Assembly (NCBI GenBank): GCA_016186945.1 | Contig: JACPKR010000008.1 | Span: 3,950-67,949 of the forward strand | Direction: 5' to 3' | DNA from: Deltaproteobacteria bacterium | GTDB lineage: Bacteria > Bdellovibrionota_B > Oligoflexia > Oligoflexales > Bog-1112 | DNA length: 64,000 nt | Shown here: piece by piece, positions 37,240 to 45,842 of the stretch | Layout: every line of letters begins with the position of its first letter | Position numbering within the stretch: position 1 is the first letter of the stretch | Program-made: the position numbers and the translations under genes | Notes under the pieces: generated by a model | What the model saw: only the letters and a program-made list of their open reading frames with translations | Told to the model about the DNA's origin: nothing | Database searches by the model: none

Positions 37240-38427
37240 ATGGACCGTAATTTTCTCAACTTTCTCCGTGAGGAAACTCAGGGCGTCAAAAGCGCTGGCC
37301 TCTTCAAACATGAACGCGTGATAAGCTCCCCGCAAGACGCTCATATCGTGAGCGAGGGGCAGAGCGTCATCAACTTCTGCGCCAACAACTACCTCGGCCT
37401 TTGTAACAGTCCTGACCTTATTGCTACCGCGCGGGAAGCTTTGGAACGCTACGGCTTCGGGATGTCGTCGGTAAGGTTCATCTGCGGTACGCAGACGATC
37501 CACAAACAACTGGAGCGACGCCTCAGCGAATTCCTCCAGACCGAAGACACGATCCTCTACAGTTCATGCTTCGATGCGAACGGAGGACTCTTCGAAACCT
37601 TGCTCGGCCCCGAAGATGCCGTCATCTCTGACGAACTGAACCACGCCAGTATTATTGACGGAATCCGCCTGTGCAAAGCCCAACGCTTCCGCTACAAAAA
37701 CAACGACATGAACGACCTCGAAGCCAAGCTGCGCGAAGCACAGACCGCACGTTTTCGCCTGATTTGCACGGACGGCGTCTTCTCGATGGACGGCATCATT
37801 GCTAATTTGCCCGCCATCACTCAGCTTGCCGAAACATACAACGCCCTCGTCATGGTCGACGACTCCCATGCGGTCGGATTCATGGGAACACATGGCCGCG
37901 GCACGCATGAACACTGGGACGTGATCGACAAGATCGACATCATCACCGGCACCCTCGGCAAAGCTTTGGGGGGAGCCTCGGGAGGTTATACCAGTGGTCG
38001 AAAGGAAATCATCGCCTGGTTGAGGCAACGATCGCGCCCTTACCTCTTCTCTAACACTCTCGCACCGGTCATTGCAGCGACATCTCTCAAAGTCCTCGCT
38101 CTCATCGAACAAAACAGCGAACTCCGCCAGTGCCTTCACGCTAACAGTTCTTACTTCCGTAAACAAATGACCGACTTGGGCTTCCAACTCCGTCCCGGCA
38201 GCCACCCCATTATCCCCATCATGATCGGCGATGCTACACTCGCTCAAAATGCGGCAGAACAGCTGTTGAAAGAAGGTATTTACGTCATAGCCTTCTCTTA
38301 CCCAGTCGTGCCCAAAGGGTCAGCAAGGATACGCACTCAAATTTCCGCTGCCCATTCTCGCAAAGACCTAGACCAGGCAATCCAAGCGTTTTCCAAAGTT
38401 GGGAGAGCGCTTAAACTTATTCCCTGA
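37240..38427 (+). CDS. kbl: glycine C-acetyltransferase (2-amino-3-ketobutyrate CoA ligase)
   Basis: 395 aa. [25 protein letters not shown]-lysine region. Confidence 0.9.
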   Translation: MDRNFLNFLREETQGVKSAGLFKHERVISSPQDAHIVSEGQSVINFCANNYLGLCNSPDLIATAREALERYGFGMSSVRFICGTQTIHKQLERRLSEFLQTEDTILYSSCFDANGGLFETLLGPEDAVISDELNHASIIDGIRLCKAQRFRYKNNDMNDLEAKLREAQTARFRLICTDGVFSMDGIIANLPAITQLAETYNALVMVDDSHAVGFMGTHGRGTHEHWDVIDKIDIITGTLGKALGGASGGYTSGRKEIIAWLRQRSRPYLFSNTLAPVIAATSLKVLALIEQNSELRQCLHANSSYFRKQMTDLGFQLRPGSHPIIPIMIGDATLAQNAAEQLLKEGIYVIAFSYPVVPKGSARIRTQISAAHSRKDLDQAIQAFSKVGRALKLIP

Positions 38428-38437
38428 GAGCAAAAAG

Positions 38438-39466
38438 ATGAAAGCACTAATAAAAAAGGAACCTAAAGTCGGCCTTTGGATGGGTGAAGTCGACAAACCA
38501 AGCATCAGCGATCATGAACTCCTCATCCGTATCAAGAAAACAGCGGTCTGCGGAACAGACCTTCATATTTACAACTGGGACCAGTGGTCGCAGTCCACCA
38601 TTAAGACTCCCCTTGTCATCGGCCATGAATTCGTCGGAGCAGTCGCTGAAATTGGCAAAAGCGTGCAAGGCTTCCAAGTGGGCGACCGCGTGTCAGGTGA
38701 AGGGCACATTACGTGTGGTCACTGCCGCAACTGCCGCGCAGGCCGTAGGCACTTCTGCAGAAACACCGTCGGGATCGGCATCCAACGAATGGGAGCCTTC
38801 GCTGAATATTTGACGATGCCTGCTGTCAACGCGTTCAAAATTGATGCGAGTATTCCCGACGAGATAGCCAGTATCTTCGACCCCTATGGAAATGCTGTTC
38901 ACACGGCCTTAACATTTGACCTCGTTGGTGAAGACGTCCTCATCACAGGAGCAGGGCCCATAGGTATCATGGCAACAGCCATCGCTAAACACGTCGGTGC
39001 TCGCTACGTTGTTACTACCGACGTAAATGAGAACCGTCTAAAACTTGCGAAGGACATGGGCGCTACGAGAGTTGTGAATCCATCAAAGGAAAAACTCCCG
39101 CAAGTCATGAAAGAACTTGGCATGACGGAAGGCTTCGACGTCGGTCTGGAAATGTCCGGCAATCCATCCGCCTTCTCCTCCATGATCGACACGATGAACC
39201 ACGGTGGAAACATCGCTCTACTCGGCCTTTTCTCAGAAAAAACAGCAATCGACTGGGACAAAGTCATTTTTAAAAGCCTGACGATCAGGGGAATTTATGG
39301 GCGAGAGATGTTCGAAACCTGGTACAAAATGGCAGCAATGCTGCAAAGTGGTTTGAAAATTGACAAGGTTATCACCCACAAGTTTCCTTTCCATCAGTTT
39401 GAAAAAGCGTTTACTCTCATGAATAAAGGTGAAGCTGCGAAAGTCATCCTCGATTGGGAGGTCTGA
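38438..39466 (+). CDS. tdh: L-threonine 3-dehydrogenase
   Basis: Start at ATG 38438. [24 protein letters not shown] zinc motifs. Adjacent to kbl. Confidence 0.9.
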   Translation: MKALIKKEPKVGLWMGEVDKPSISDHELLIRIKKTAVCGTDLHIYNWDQWSQSTIKTPLVIGHEFVGAVAEIGKSVQGFQVGDRVSGEGHITCGHCRNCRAGRRHFCRNTVGIGIQRMGAFAEYLTMPAVNAFKIDASIPDEIASIFDPYGNAVHTALTFDLVGEDVLITGAGPIGIMATAIAKHVGARYVVTTDVNENRLKLAKDMGATRVVNPSKEKLPQVMKELGMTEGFDVGLEMSGNPSAFSSMIDTMNHGGNIALLGLFSEKTAIDWDKVIFKSLTIRGIYGREMFETWYKMAAMLQSGLKIDKVITHKFPFHQFEKAFTLMNKGEAAKVILDWEV

Positions 39467-39467
39467 G

Positions 39468-40472
39468 TTGAAAGCCATGGTACTGGAAGAGGACAAACGC
39501 CCCCTCATCCTGCAGGAGATCCCCCTTCCTCAACCCACTCATGAGCAGGTTCTTGTAAAAATCTCTGCCTGTGGTGTTTGCCGCACAGACTTGCACATTG
39601 TTGATGGCGACCTTCGTCCTCCCCTCCCTCTTATTCCAGGTCATCAGATTGTTGGGACGGTTGAGGCGGCAGGAAAACATGTCAAACATTATAAAATAGG
39701 CGATCGCGTCGGCATTCCTTGGTTAGGAAAGACCTGTGGTCAATGCATTTTTTGTAAAAGTGATCGGGAAAACCTTTGCGACAATGCTCTTTTCACAGGT
39801 TATCAAGTCAACGGAGGGTTTGCGGAATACTGCGTCGCTGATGCACGATACTGCTTTCCCCTTGCGCCCCAACTCGCTGATCTGCAAGTTGCGCCACTCC
39901 TCTGTGCGGGGCTTATTGGTTACCGCGCCTATAGGATGACAGGCAATGCGCAAAGGCTCGGCTTTTATGGCTTCGGCTCATCTGCTCATATACTTACCCA
40001 ACTTGCCCGCTTCGAAAAGCGAGAGGTTTTCGCGTTCACAAGAGAAGGCGACGTGGAAACACAGTCCTTCGCCCGATCCTTGGGCGCATCCTGGGCGGGT
40101 GGCTCAGACAGCTCTCCACCTAACCCCCTTGATGCAGCGATCATCTTCGCTCCCGTCGGAGCGCTTATTCCCAAAGCTCTCAAGGTTCTCAGAAAAGGTG
40201 GCATCATTGTCAGTGCCGGTATTCACATGAGTGAAATTCCCTCGTTTCCCTACAAAGATTTGTGGGGCGAGAGAAAAATCATGTCTGTCGCAAATCTTAC
40301 GAGACGTGATGGGGAAGATCTGCTTGCTATCGCACCCAAGGTTCCCATAAAAACCATAGTTCAAACATATAGGTTGGAGGACGCCAACGAGGCGCTTAAC
40401 GATATTCGCACAGGCAGATTGCAAGGGAGTGCGGTCCTTGACCTGTCGTTGTTTGGGGGCAAAAAGTTATGA
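39468..40472 (+). CDS. zinc-type alcohol dehydrogenase family protein
   Basis: TTG 39468 (RBS GGGAGG), or alternatively ATG 39477. CGVCRTDLHIVDG, GHQIVG, CGQCIFCKSDRENLC. Confidence 0.8.
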   Translation: MKAMVLEEDKRPLILQEIPLPQPTHEQVLVKISACGVCRTDLHIVDGDLRPPLPLIPGHQIVGTVEAAGKHVKHYKIGDRVGIPWLGKTCGQCIFCKSDRENLCDNALFTGYQVNGGFAEYCVADARYCFPLAPQLADLQVAPLLCAGLIGYRAYRMTGNAQRLGFYGFGSSAHILTQLARFEKREVFAFTREGDVETQSFARSLGASWAGGSDSSPPNPLDAAIIFAPVGALIPKALKVLRKGGIIVSAGIHMSEIPSFPYKDLWGERKIMSVANLTRRDGEDLLAIAPKVPIKTIVQTYRLEDANEALNDIRTGRLQGSAVLDLSLFGGKKL

Positions 40473-41584
40473 GTCTTTACCTCCGGCAGACCTTGCTTCC
40501 CGAGATAGGCACAAAAGGCCAGGAGCTTCTACGCTCAAGCAAGGTCCTCATCGTGGGAGTCGGAGGACTCGGTTGCCCCGCTGCCCTCTATCTCGCAGGG
40601 GCAGGAGTAGGAACGCTCGGCCTTATAGATGACGACAAAGTTTCTCTCAGCAATCTTCACCGGCAGATCCTTTTCACACACGCGGATGTGGGTGCTTCCA
40701 AAGCAGTCGTTGCGCAAAAGCGCCTAGCCGCCTTCAACCCAACCCTTCGCGTGGAAGCGATCACGGAGCGTCTTACAGCCGCAAATACCCTCAATCTTAT
40801 GCAAGACTTTGATCTGGTTATAGACGGCACAGACAATTTTCCTGCTAAGTTTCTAATTAACGATGGGGCTGCGAAGTTGGAAATTCCCGTCGTCTATGGG
40901 GCCATCTCTCAATTTGAAGGGCAGGTGGCAGTCTTTTCGGCAAAACGCCATGCCTGTTACCGTTGCTTTCGTCCTAAACCACCGCTTCACTATGTTCCCA
41001 ACTGTGCCGAGGCAGGAGTCCTTGGTTCTGTAGCAGGTTTGGTGGGAACGCTCCAGGCGACGGAAGCCCTCAAGTGCCTTCTGTCAGCCCACACTCCAAG
41101 TTTATGCCCACAGTTTGGGAAACTCTACATCGTAAACACGAAGACGATGGAATTCTCAGCGTTTCAAATTTCTAAGAATCGGGAGTGTCCCGTTTGCTCT
41201 CGCCCTCCCGATCAAATTGTCATAAAGGAGGAGACTATGGATCATTGTTCAACTGGTTGTCAGTGTAGCCAACTTGCCTCTAAGCAGGAAATAGACACCG
41301 AAGCGTTGCTGCGTGACGATTACTTCAAGCGCTGTCAGCTCATCGACGTTAGAACTCAGGAGGAATGGGACGAAGGCCATATCGCTAGTGCTCTTCACTG
41401 GCCCTTGTCACGGATTGAAGGAGGTGAGCTTCCACCGTTCGCATCAGATAAGCCCCGTATCTTATACTGTCGCAGCGGGGGTCGTTCTAGTCGAGCACTC
41501 ACGCTTCTTGCTGAAAAAGGGATTAAAGATGTCTCGCACTTAAAGCAAGGTTTCCTTTCCTGGAAAGGACCGGTCGCCCTGTAG
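40469..41584 (+). CDS. moeB: MoeB/ThiF-family adenylyltransferase fused to a rhodanese domain (MoeZ-like)
   Basis: 371 aa. GVGGLGCPAALYLAGAGVG, CYRC...CPVC zinc pairs. C-terminal rhodanese with YCRSGGRS active-site loop. Confidence 0.8.
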   Translation: MSLYLRQTLLPEIGTKGQELLRSSKVLIVGVGGLGCPAALYLAGAGVGTLGLIDDDKVSLSNLHRQILFTHADVGASKAVVAQKRLAAFNPTLRVEAITERLTAANTLNLMQDFDLVIDGTDNFPAKFLINDGAAKLEIPVVYGAISQFEGQVAVFSAKRHACYRCFRPKPPLHYVPNCAEAGVLGSVAGLVGTLQATEALKCLLSAHTPSLCPQFGKLYIVNTKTMEFSAFQISKNRECPVCSRPPDQIVIKEETMDHCSTGCQCSQLASKQEIDTEALLRDDYFKRCQLIDVRTQEEWDEGHIASALHWPLSRIEGGELPPFASDKPRILYCRSGGRSSRALTLLAEKGIKDVSHLKQGFLSWKGPVAL

Positions 41585-41914
41585 CGGACGTTTCTGTTTC
41601 AGAGAAAAAGCATCCACTTCGAAACGAACCTTTAGAAAGGTTGCATCCTCCAAAGGAAACTGCCACTTAAGTTCGGCGTCGTGCAATGGGCCGCTTGTCG
41701 AAACTTTCTCCAGTGATTCCTTGCTCAGAACGAGGGTCAAGACGTTGTCAGCAAGGGAAACCTGTGAATCTTTGTCGGAAACCTTGACAGAAAACGTAAA
41801 AACACCATGAGGAAAATAAACGCGTTCTTCAAGCGCTTCCCCCTCCTTCAGTTTAGCAAATTCGTTTCTATGAACGCGGAACCGCACTAAACCGCGTGAA
41901 AGTCTGACGTTCAT
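41540..41914 (-). CDS. hypothetical beta-rich protein translationally coupled to mobA
   Basis: Start ATG 41914 overlaps the mobA stop (ATGA). 124 aa. 3' end overlaps the convergent moeB by 45 nt. Confidence 0.4.
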   Translation of the reverse strand: MNVRLSRGLVRFRVHRNEFAKLKEGEALEERVYFPHGVFTFSVKVSDKDSQVSLADNVLTLVLSKESLEKVSTSGPLHDAELKWQFPLEDATFLKVRFEVDAFSLKQKRPLQGDRSFPGKETLL

Positions 41915-42513
41915 ACGGAAACCCTCCTCATCTGTTCCCATTGGACAGGCGTGTTGACGTTGTAAAAACATTCCAGATCATAAAGTGTAGCATCCAATAG
42001 GTTTACGTCCAAGCTAAGCAAAAGTTGTTTGATGGAACGCTTAGACTGAGGAACATGTTCGCGACACATCGAGGAGACGCTAGTCTTGACGCGCCGGTTA
42101 ACCTGTAAGTATAGAGGAAATTCGTAACCCTGAAACATCGCAGCCTCATAGCCACTCCCTGAAACAATCAGGTTACGCAACATGTTGGACGTGATCGCAG
42201 GCATATCAATGGGGACCAGGATCAAACTTAGATGATCCCGTGGGCCGAGGTAACTTAGAACGGACTCCAGTCCCCCAATAGGCCCTATGTTTAATAGCCT
42301 GTCTGGTAAACACGGATAACCTTCAAGGTTACCACTGATAAGAATCTCCCTATCAAGTTGTGATGTACCGAACATGAGAGTTTCACGCAAAAGAGCCAGG
42401 GAACGGTCAATAAGGCGCTGGCCTTCAAACTCTAGAAAAGCTTTATTGGTACCCATTCTGGACGAACGCCCACCAGCCAGGACAACTCCGACCATGTCTT
42501 GTGACGAATTCAC
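41911..42513 (-). CDS. mobA: molybdenum cofactor guanylyltransferase
   Basis: VVLAGGRSSRMG...NKAF motif. Proposed GTG start 42513 (GGAGG 7 nt upstream, GTGA overlap with the moaE stop). Confidence 0.8.
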   Translation of the reverse strand: MNSSQDMVGVVLAGGRSSRMGTNKAFLEFEGQRLIDRSLALLRETLMFGTSQLDREILISGNLEGYPCLPDRLLNIGPIGGLESVLSYLGPRDHLSLILVPIDMPAITSNMLRNLIVSGSGYEAAMFQGYEFPLYLQVNRRVKTSVSSMCREHVPQSKRSIKQLLLSLDVNLLDATLYDLECFYNVNTPVQWEQMRRVSV

Positions 42514-42962
42514 CGACTCCCCTCCTTCCCGCAAAGAGCATGACCTTGCAACCAGTCTGTTTCACCCGTTTCGTAATGCTCTTTTTTCCAGATCGGCGCT
42601 CTCACTTTCAACTCTTCGATGATGTAACGGGAAATCTGGTAAGCTTCCTCACGGTGGGGAGTGCTCACGGCTATGCAAACACTCACGTCCCCAACCTTAA
42701 GTTTTCCCTCCCGGTGGACGACGATCATTTTCGCTCGCCCCTCGAAACGGTCTCTCGCCTCTTCACAAATTTGTCGCAACACTTTCACCGCCAGCGGTGC
42801 AAAGATATCATACGAAACCGCAAGAACTTTCTTCCCATGGTTATGATTCCTCACGAGACCGAGAAAATACACTTGCGCGCCATGTTCATAAGTTCCAAAA
42901 TCCCTCAGGATCTCGTCCGCCTTGATTGGCTCGTCTGTGATTCTACATACAAGTTCTTCCAT
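42510..42962 (-). CDS. moaE: molybdopterin synthase catalytic subunit
   Basis: Start ATG 42962. GAQVYFLGLVRN...APIWKKE motifs. Confidence 0.85.
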   Translation of the reverse strand: MEELVCRITDEPIKADEILRDFGTYEHGAQVYFLGLVRNHNHGKKVLAVSYDIFAPLAVKVLRQICEEARDRFEGRAKMIVVHREGKLKVGDVSVCIAVSTPHREEAYQISRYIIEELKVRAPIWKKEHYETGETDWLQGHALCGKEGSR

Positions 42963-42964
42963 CC

Positions 42965-43228
42965 CTAGCCTCCACACACAGGTGGTAGCACCGCAATTTC
43001 ACAGTCCCTACTGAATCGCGCGTCTCGTTCCAAGATCGTATCCTCGTCTGCAAACGCAGCATCTTCAAGCAACTGTGAATCGAACTCAGACGCAATCTTC
43101 CTAAGTGAAGAAGCCAGAAACGTTTTAACCGTCGTCAAATCCGATCCGCTTGGAACCTGAATTTCAAGAAAGGGATCGCTATAAAAAGACCGGAAGCGTC
43201 CAAAGAGTCTTAGTTTCACCTTGATCAT
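42965..43228 (-). CDS. moaD: molybdopterin synthase sulfur-carrier subunit
   Basis: Start ATG 43228. 87 aa. Ends ...LPPVCGG (C-terminal Gly-Gly). Confidence 0.8.
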   Translation of the reverse strand: MIKVKLRLFGRFRSFYSDPFLEIQVPSGSDLTTVKTFLASSLRKIASEFDSQLLEDAAFADEDTILERDARFSRDCEIAVLPPVCGG

Positions 43229-43241
43229 TTCCCACCCCCCT

Positions 43242-43343
43242 CCCCCCAAAAAACTTTAACTATTGAAGTTTTTAAAAAGGGGCTTGGGGAAATAACTTTT
43301 TTCAAAAAGTTTGTCCCCAAATTGATTATCTTGAATATTATAG
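43242..43343 (+). repeat. F2 element (hairpin modules 3 + 4) inside the moeA-moaD intergenic space
   Basis: CCCCCCAAAAAACTTTAACTATTGAAGTTTTTAAAAAGGGG-CTTGGGGAAATAACTTTTTTCAAAAAGTTTGTCCCCAA-ATTGATTATCTTGAATATTATAGG. Confidence 0.85.
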
Positions 43344-43345
43344 GC

Positions 43346-44605
43346 TCAGAGCAAAACAAGCTCGACCACGTCTCCCTTCCTCAACTGTTTGCCTTCCTCA
43401 GGAAGAATGGCCCACGCGTTCGCATCGAGAAGCGAACTTACCATAAATGATGCTTGGCCTGGTACGATCGTAAGTTCCGAGCCTTCCGGCGATGGGTGCC
43501 ATCGGGCCTTCATAAAACACCGCAAACCTTCCGGTTTTTGAAAGTCATGAGTCAGACGAGCTTTCCATGGTGCGTTTAGGTTTTCCCCCAACATGGCCTG
43601 TAGGTAGGGCAGCACAAAAAAGCGAAACCCCACTGCTGTCGAAACAGGATTGCCGGGAAGGCCGAAACATACCGGCCCATGTTCAAATTCCGCAAAAAGA
43701 ATCGGTTTCCCAGGTCGAATGGCCACCTTGTGAAAATGGATCCTTGCCTGCAGGTCGTTCAAACCTTTCAAGATGAAGTCATATTTGCCAACGGAAACTG
43801 CCCCGGTTGTTATGATAACGTCTGGCCCTTCCTCTAATAGAGACGTCATGAGACTGATGAAGCGATCGGGTTCATCGTGAACCGTCCCGTAAAATTTTGC
43901 CTCCACCCCAACTTGCTCAAGGGCAGCCATAAGGTAGGGGCCAGTCGAGTTACGAATCATACCAGGCTCAAGCGTGACCTGGGTGTGAGGCACCAGCTCC
44001 TTTCCTGTCGAGATAACCGCGACTTTCAAACGTCTAACGGGAACGTCACTAACCCCTAGACTGGCAAGAGCCAAAACGTCTGTCGGTACGAGTTTCCTCC
44101 CTGAGGGGATCAGGATTTGGCCCTCCTTAAAGTCTTCACCTTTCCTTCTAATATTTGCCCCCGGTTTAACAGGGTGTCTGATAAACATTTTGTGAGTGCT
44201 CCCCTCGCAAAGAAGCACATCTTCAACCCGTACAACGGCGTCGAAACAATGGCCTTCCGGGAGGGGGGCGCCTGTCATGATTTCAACGGCATAGTTCCCA
44301 GCAGCTGGCTTCTCGATCAGAACGTCTCCCGCCGCAACACTCCCCATCACTGTGAACTCAAGCGGTGCCTCTGGTGTCGCCCCGGAACTCAGCGAAGATT
44401 GAAGAGCATAGCCATCCATAGCTGAGTTATCGAAAGAGGGGAGTGATTCCCTTGCATATAGATCGTCTGTCACAATTTTTCCTATTGCATCCCCTAACCC
44501 GAGCATCTTGGGGGAGCGACGGTTCCCTCGCCCCCCCAAACCCCCCTCTCCCTTAGAAAGAGCTACACCGCGGATTTTCTCAAAAGCTTCTCCATAGGAA
44601 ATCAT
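43346..44605 (-). CDS. moeA: molybdopterin molybdenumtransferase carrying an in-frame F1 module-B insertion near the N-terminus
   Basis: 419 aa. SFDNSAMDGYAL, PGNPVS motifs. Residues KGEGGLGGRGNRRSPK are encoded by the repeat at 44507-44553. Confidence 0.85.
   Translation of the reverse strand: MISYGEAFEKIRGVALSKGEGGLGGRGNRRSPKMLGLGDAIGKIVTDDLYARESLPSFDNSAMDGYALQSSLSSGATPEAPLEFTVMGSVAAGDVLIEKPAAGNYAVEIMTGAPLPEGHCFDAVVRVEDVLLCEGSTHKMFIRHPVKPGANIRRKGEDFKEGQILIPSGRKLVPTDVLALASLGVSDVPVRRLKVAVISTGKELVPHTQVTLEPGMIRNSTGPYLMAALEQVGVEAKFYGTVHDEPDRFISLMTSLLEEGPDVIITTGAVSVGKYDFILKGLNDLQARIHFHKVAIRPGKPILFAEFEHGPVCFGLPGNPVSTAVGFRFFVLPYLQAMLGENLNAPWKARLTHDFQKPEGLRCFMKARWHPSPEGSELTIVPGQASFMVSSLLDANAWAILPEEGKQLRKGDVVELVLL
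44507..44553 (+). repeat. F1 module B fragment embedded in the moeA coding sequence
   Basis: CTTGGGGGAGCGACGGTTCCCTCGCCCCCCCAAACCCCCCTCTCCCT, identical to module B of copies at 30718-30765 and 62047-62090. Confidence 0.9.
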
Positions 44606-45591
44606 GGATGTCCTCCCCCTTTCGCAATATGGACCGCATGGGGCAATAGAGTTTCCAACGTTTCGATTCCTGCCTCAAGCGCCTGCGGCTTTCCTGGCAA
44701 TGCGATCACTAAAGTTTGGCCAATGAGGCCCCCCTCACTTCCGCTAAGCCAGGATTTTTTGGTTTGTACAGCCCCTTTTTGTCGTAAAAGTTCACCGATA
44801 CCCGGGACCGGTTTTGTGAAAAGTTTCGACAGCGTCACAAGTGTGACATCACGAGGCCCCAACCCGGTACCGCCTGTTGTCACGACAAGGTCAGCCTGCT
44901 GAACCTCTACGAAATGCAAGACGGCCTCACGGATGCGTTCTCCCTCGTCGGGGACAAGCTTGGCGTCGAGAACAGCCGCACCGCGTTCTTCAAGTAGATG
45001 CCTGAGGCGAGGCCCAGAGTGATCTTCAGTCTCACCGCGTGCGCAACGGTCACTTACCGTCAGGACACATGCGCGTATCTTTGCCAACGGATGCTCGACT
45101 TTCTTTTCAACCTTTTCAACGTTCTCGAATTTGGGATGCAGCCAGACACCTGATTTTCCCCCTTCTTTTCTCACCAGATGAATGTCTGACAGACAAAGGA
45201 CAGGATCGACTCCCTTGCTAAGATCGTAAATCGCAAGAAGTGCTGCACTCACTCCCGTCAGAGCTTCCATCTCTACACCCGTCTTTGCTGTTGTGAATGC
45301 TTCGCAGCTTACGGTGATCGAGTGATTGTCACTAAATTCGCAGCTCACCTTCACGCCGTCCAAGCCCAGAGGGTGACAGAGGGGAAGTATGTCGGAAGTC
45401 CTTTTAGCCGCTGCAATTCCGGCTAGTTCGGCCATTGCCAACACATCTCCTTTCGGCATCTGTCGCGAGCGGATACGTTGTAAAGTTTCCGCCGCCATGA
45501 TGATCCTTCCCCGCGCAAGGGCACGGCGTCGTGTTGCTGTTTTTTCCGTTACGTCTATCATGTGAAAGGAACTATGCTCGACCATTCCCAT
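44602..45591 (-). CDS. moaC: bifunctional MoaC (cyclic pyranopterin monophosphate synthase) / MoaB-MogA-like protein
   Basis: Start about 45591. MoaC part has AKRTSDILPLCHPL. C-terminal part has LTVSDR...TTGGTGLGPRDVT. Confidence 0.8.
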   Translation of the reverse strand: MGMVEHSSFHMIDVTEKTATRRRALARGRIIMAAETLQRIRSRQMPKGDVLAMAELAGIAAAKRTSDILPLCHPLGLDGVKVSCEFSDNHSITVSCEAFTTAKTGVEMEALTGVSAALLAIYDLSKGVDPVLCLSDIHLVRKEGGKSGVWLHPKFENVEKVEKKVEHPLAKIRACVLTVSDRCARGETEDHSGPRLRHLLEERGAAVLDAKLVPDEGERIREAVLHFVEVQQADLVVTTGGTGLGPRDVTLVTLSKLFTKPVPGIGELLRQKGAVQTKKSWLSGSEGGLIGQTLVIALPGKPQALEAGIETLETLLPHAVHIAKGGGHP

Positions 45592-45842
45592 CCTTTCTGT
45601 GTGTTTATAAGTAAGGTGGTTTAATATCACAAAGAAAGACAGATATATGTCTAAAAAATGCACGGTTCTAAATACGGAAGCATGTCCGGCGAGAGAAAGC
45701 GTCGCCTTCAGAAATTTGGAAAAACTTTCTTTGTTTAATAGCTACTTAAGAAATGTTGTGTATCCAAATCTTGCAAAGCAAGATTGTCCGAATAAAAATG
45801 ATCTAACCAACGAAACATTTTAACTTTTGGAGTGGTGCCACG

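Noticed and set aside
45592-45842. Possible Moco riboswitch (upstream of moaC, minus strand), or NrdR boxes / B12 riboswitch (upstream of nrdJ, plus strand), in the 250-bp divergent region
   Set aside because: I see only an imperfect palindrome AGACAGATATATGTCT (45638-45653), an 8-bp-arm hairpin AATCTTGC-AAA-GCAAGATT (about 45767-45785) and a short GGCGA/TCGCC stem. There is no tandem pair of NrdR-like boxes at the expected ~31-bp spacing, and nothing I can align to riboswitch cores by eye. An Rfam/Infernal scan is needed before any claim.
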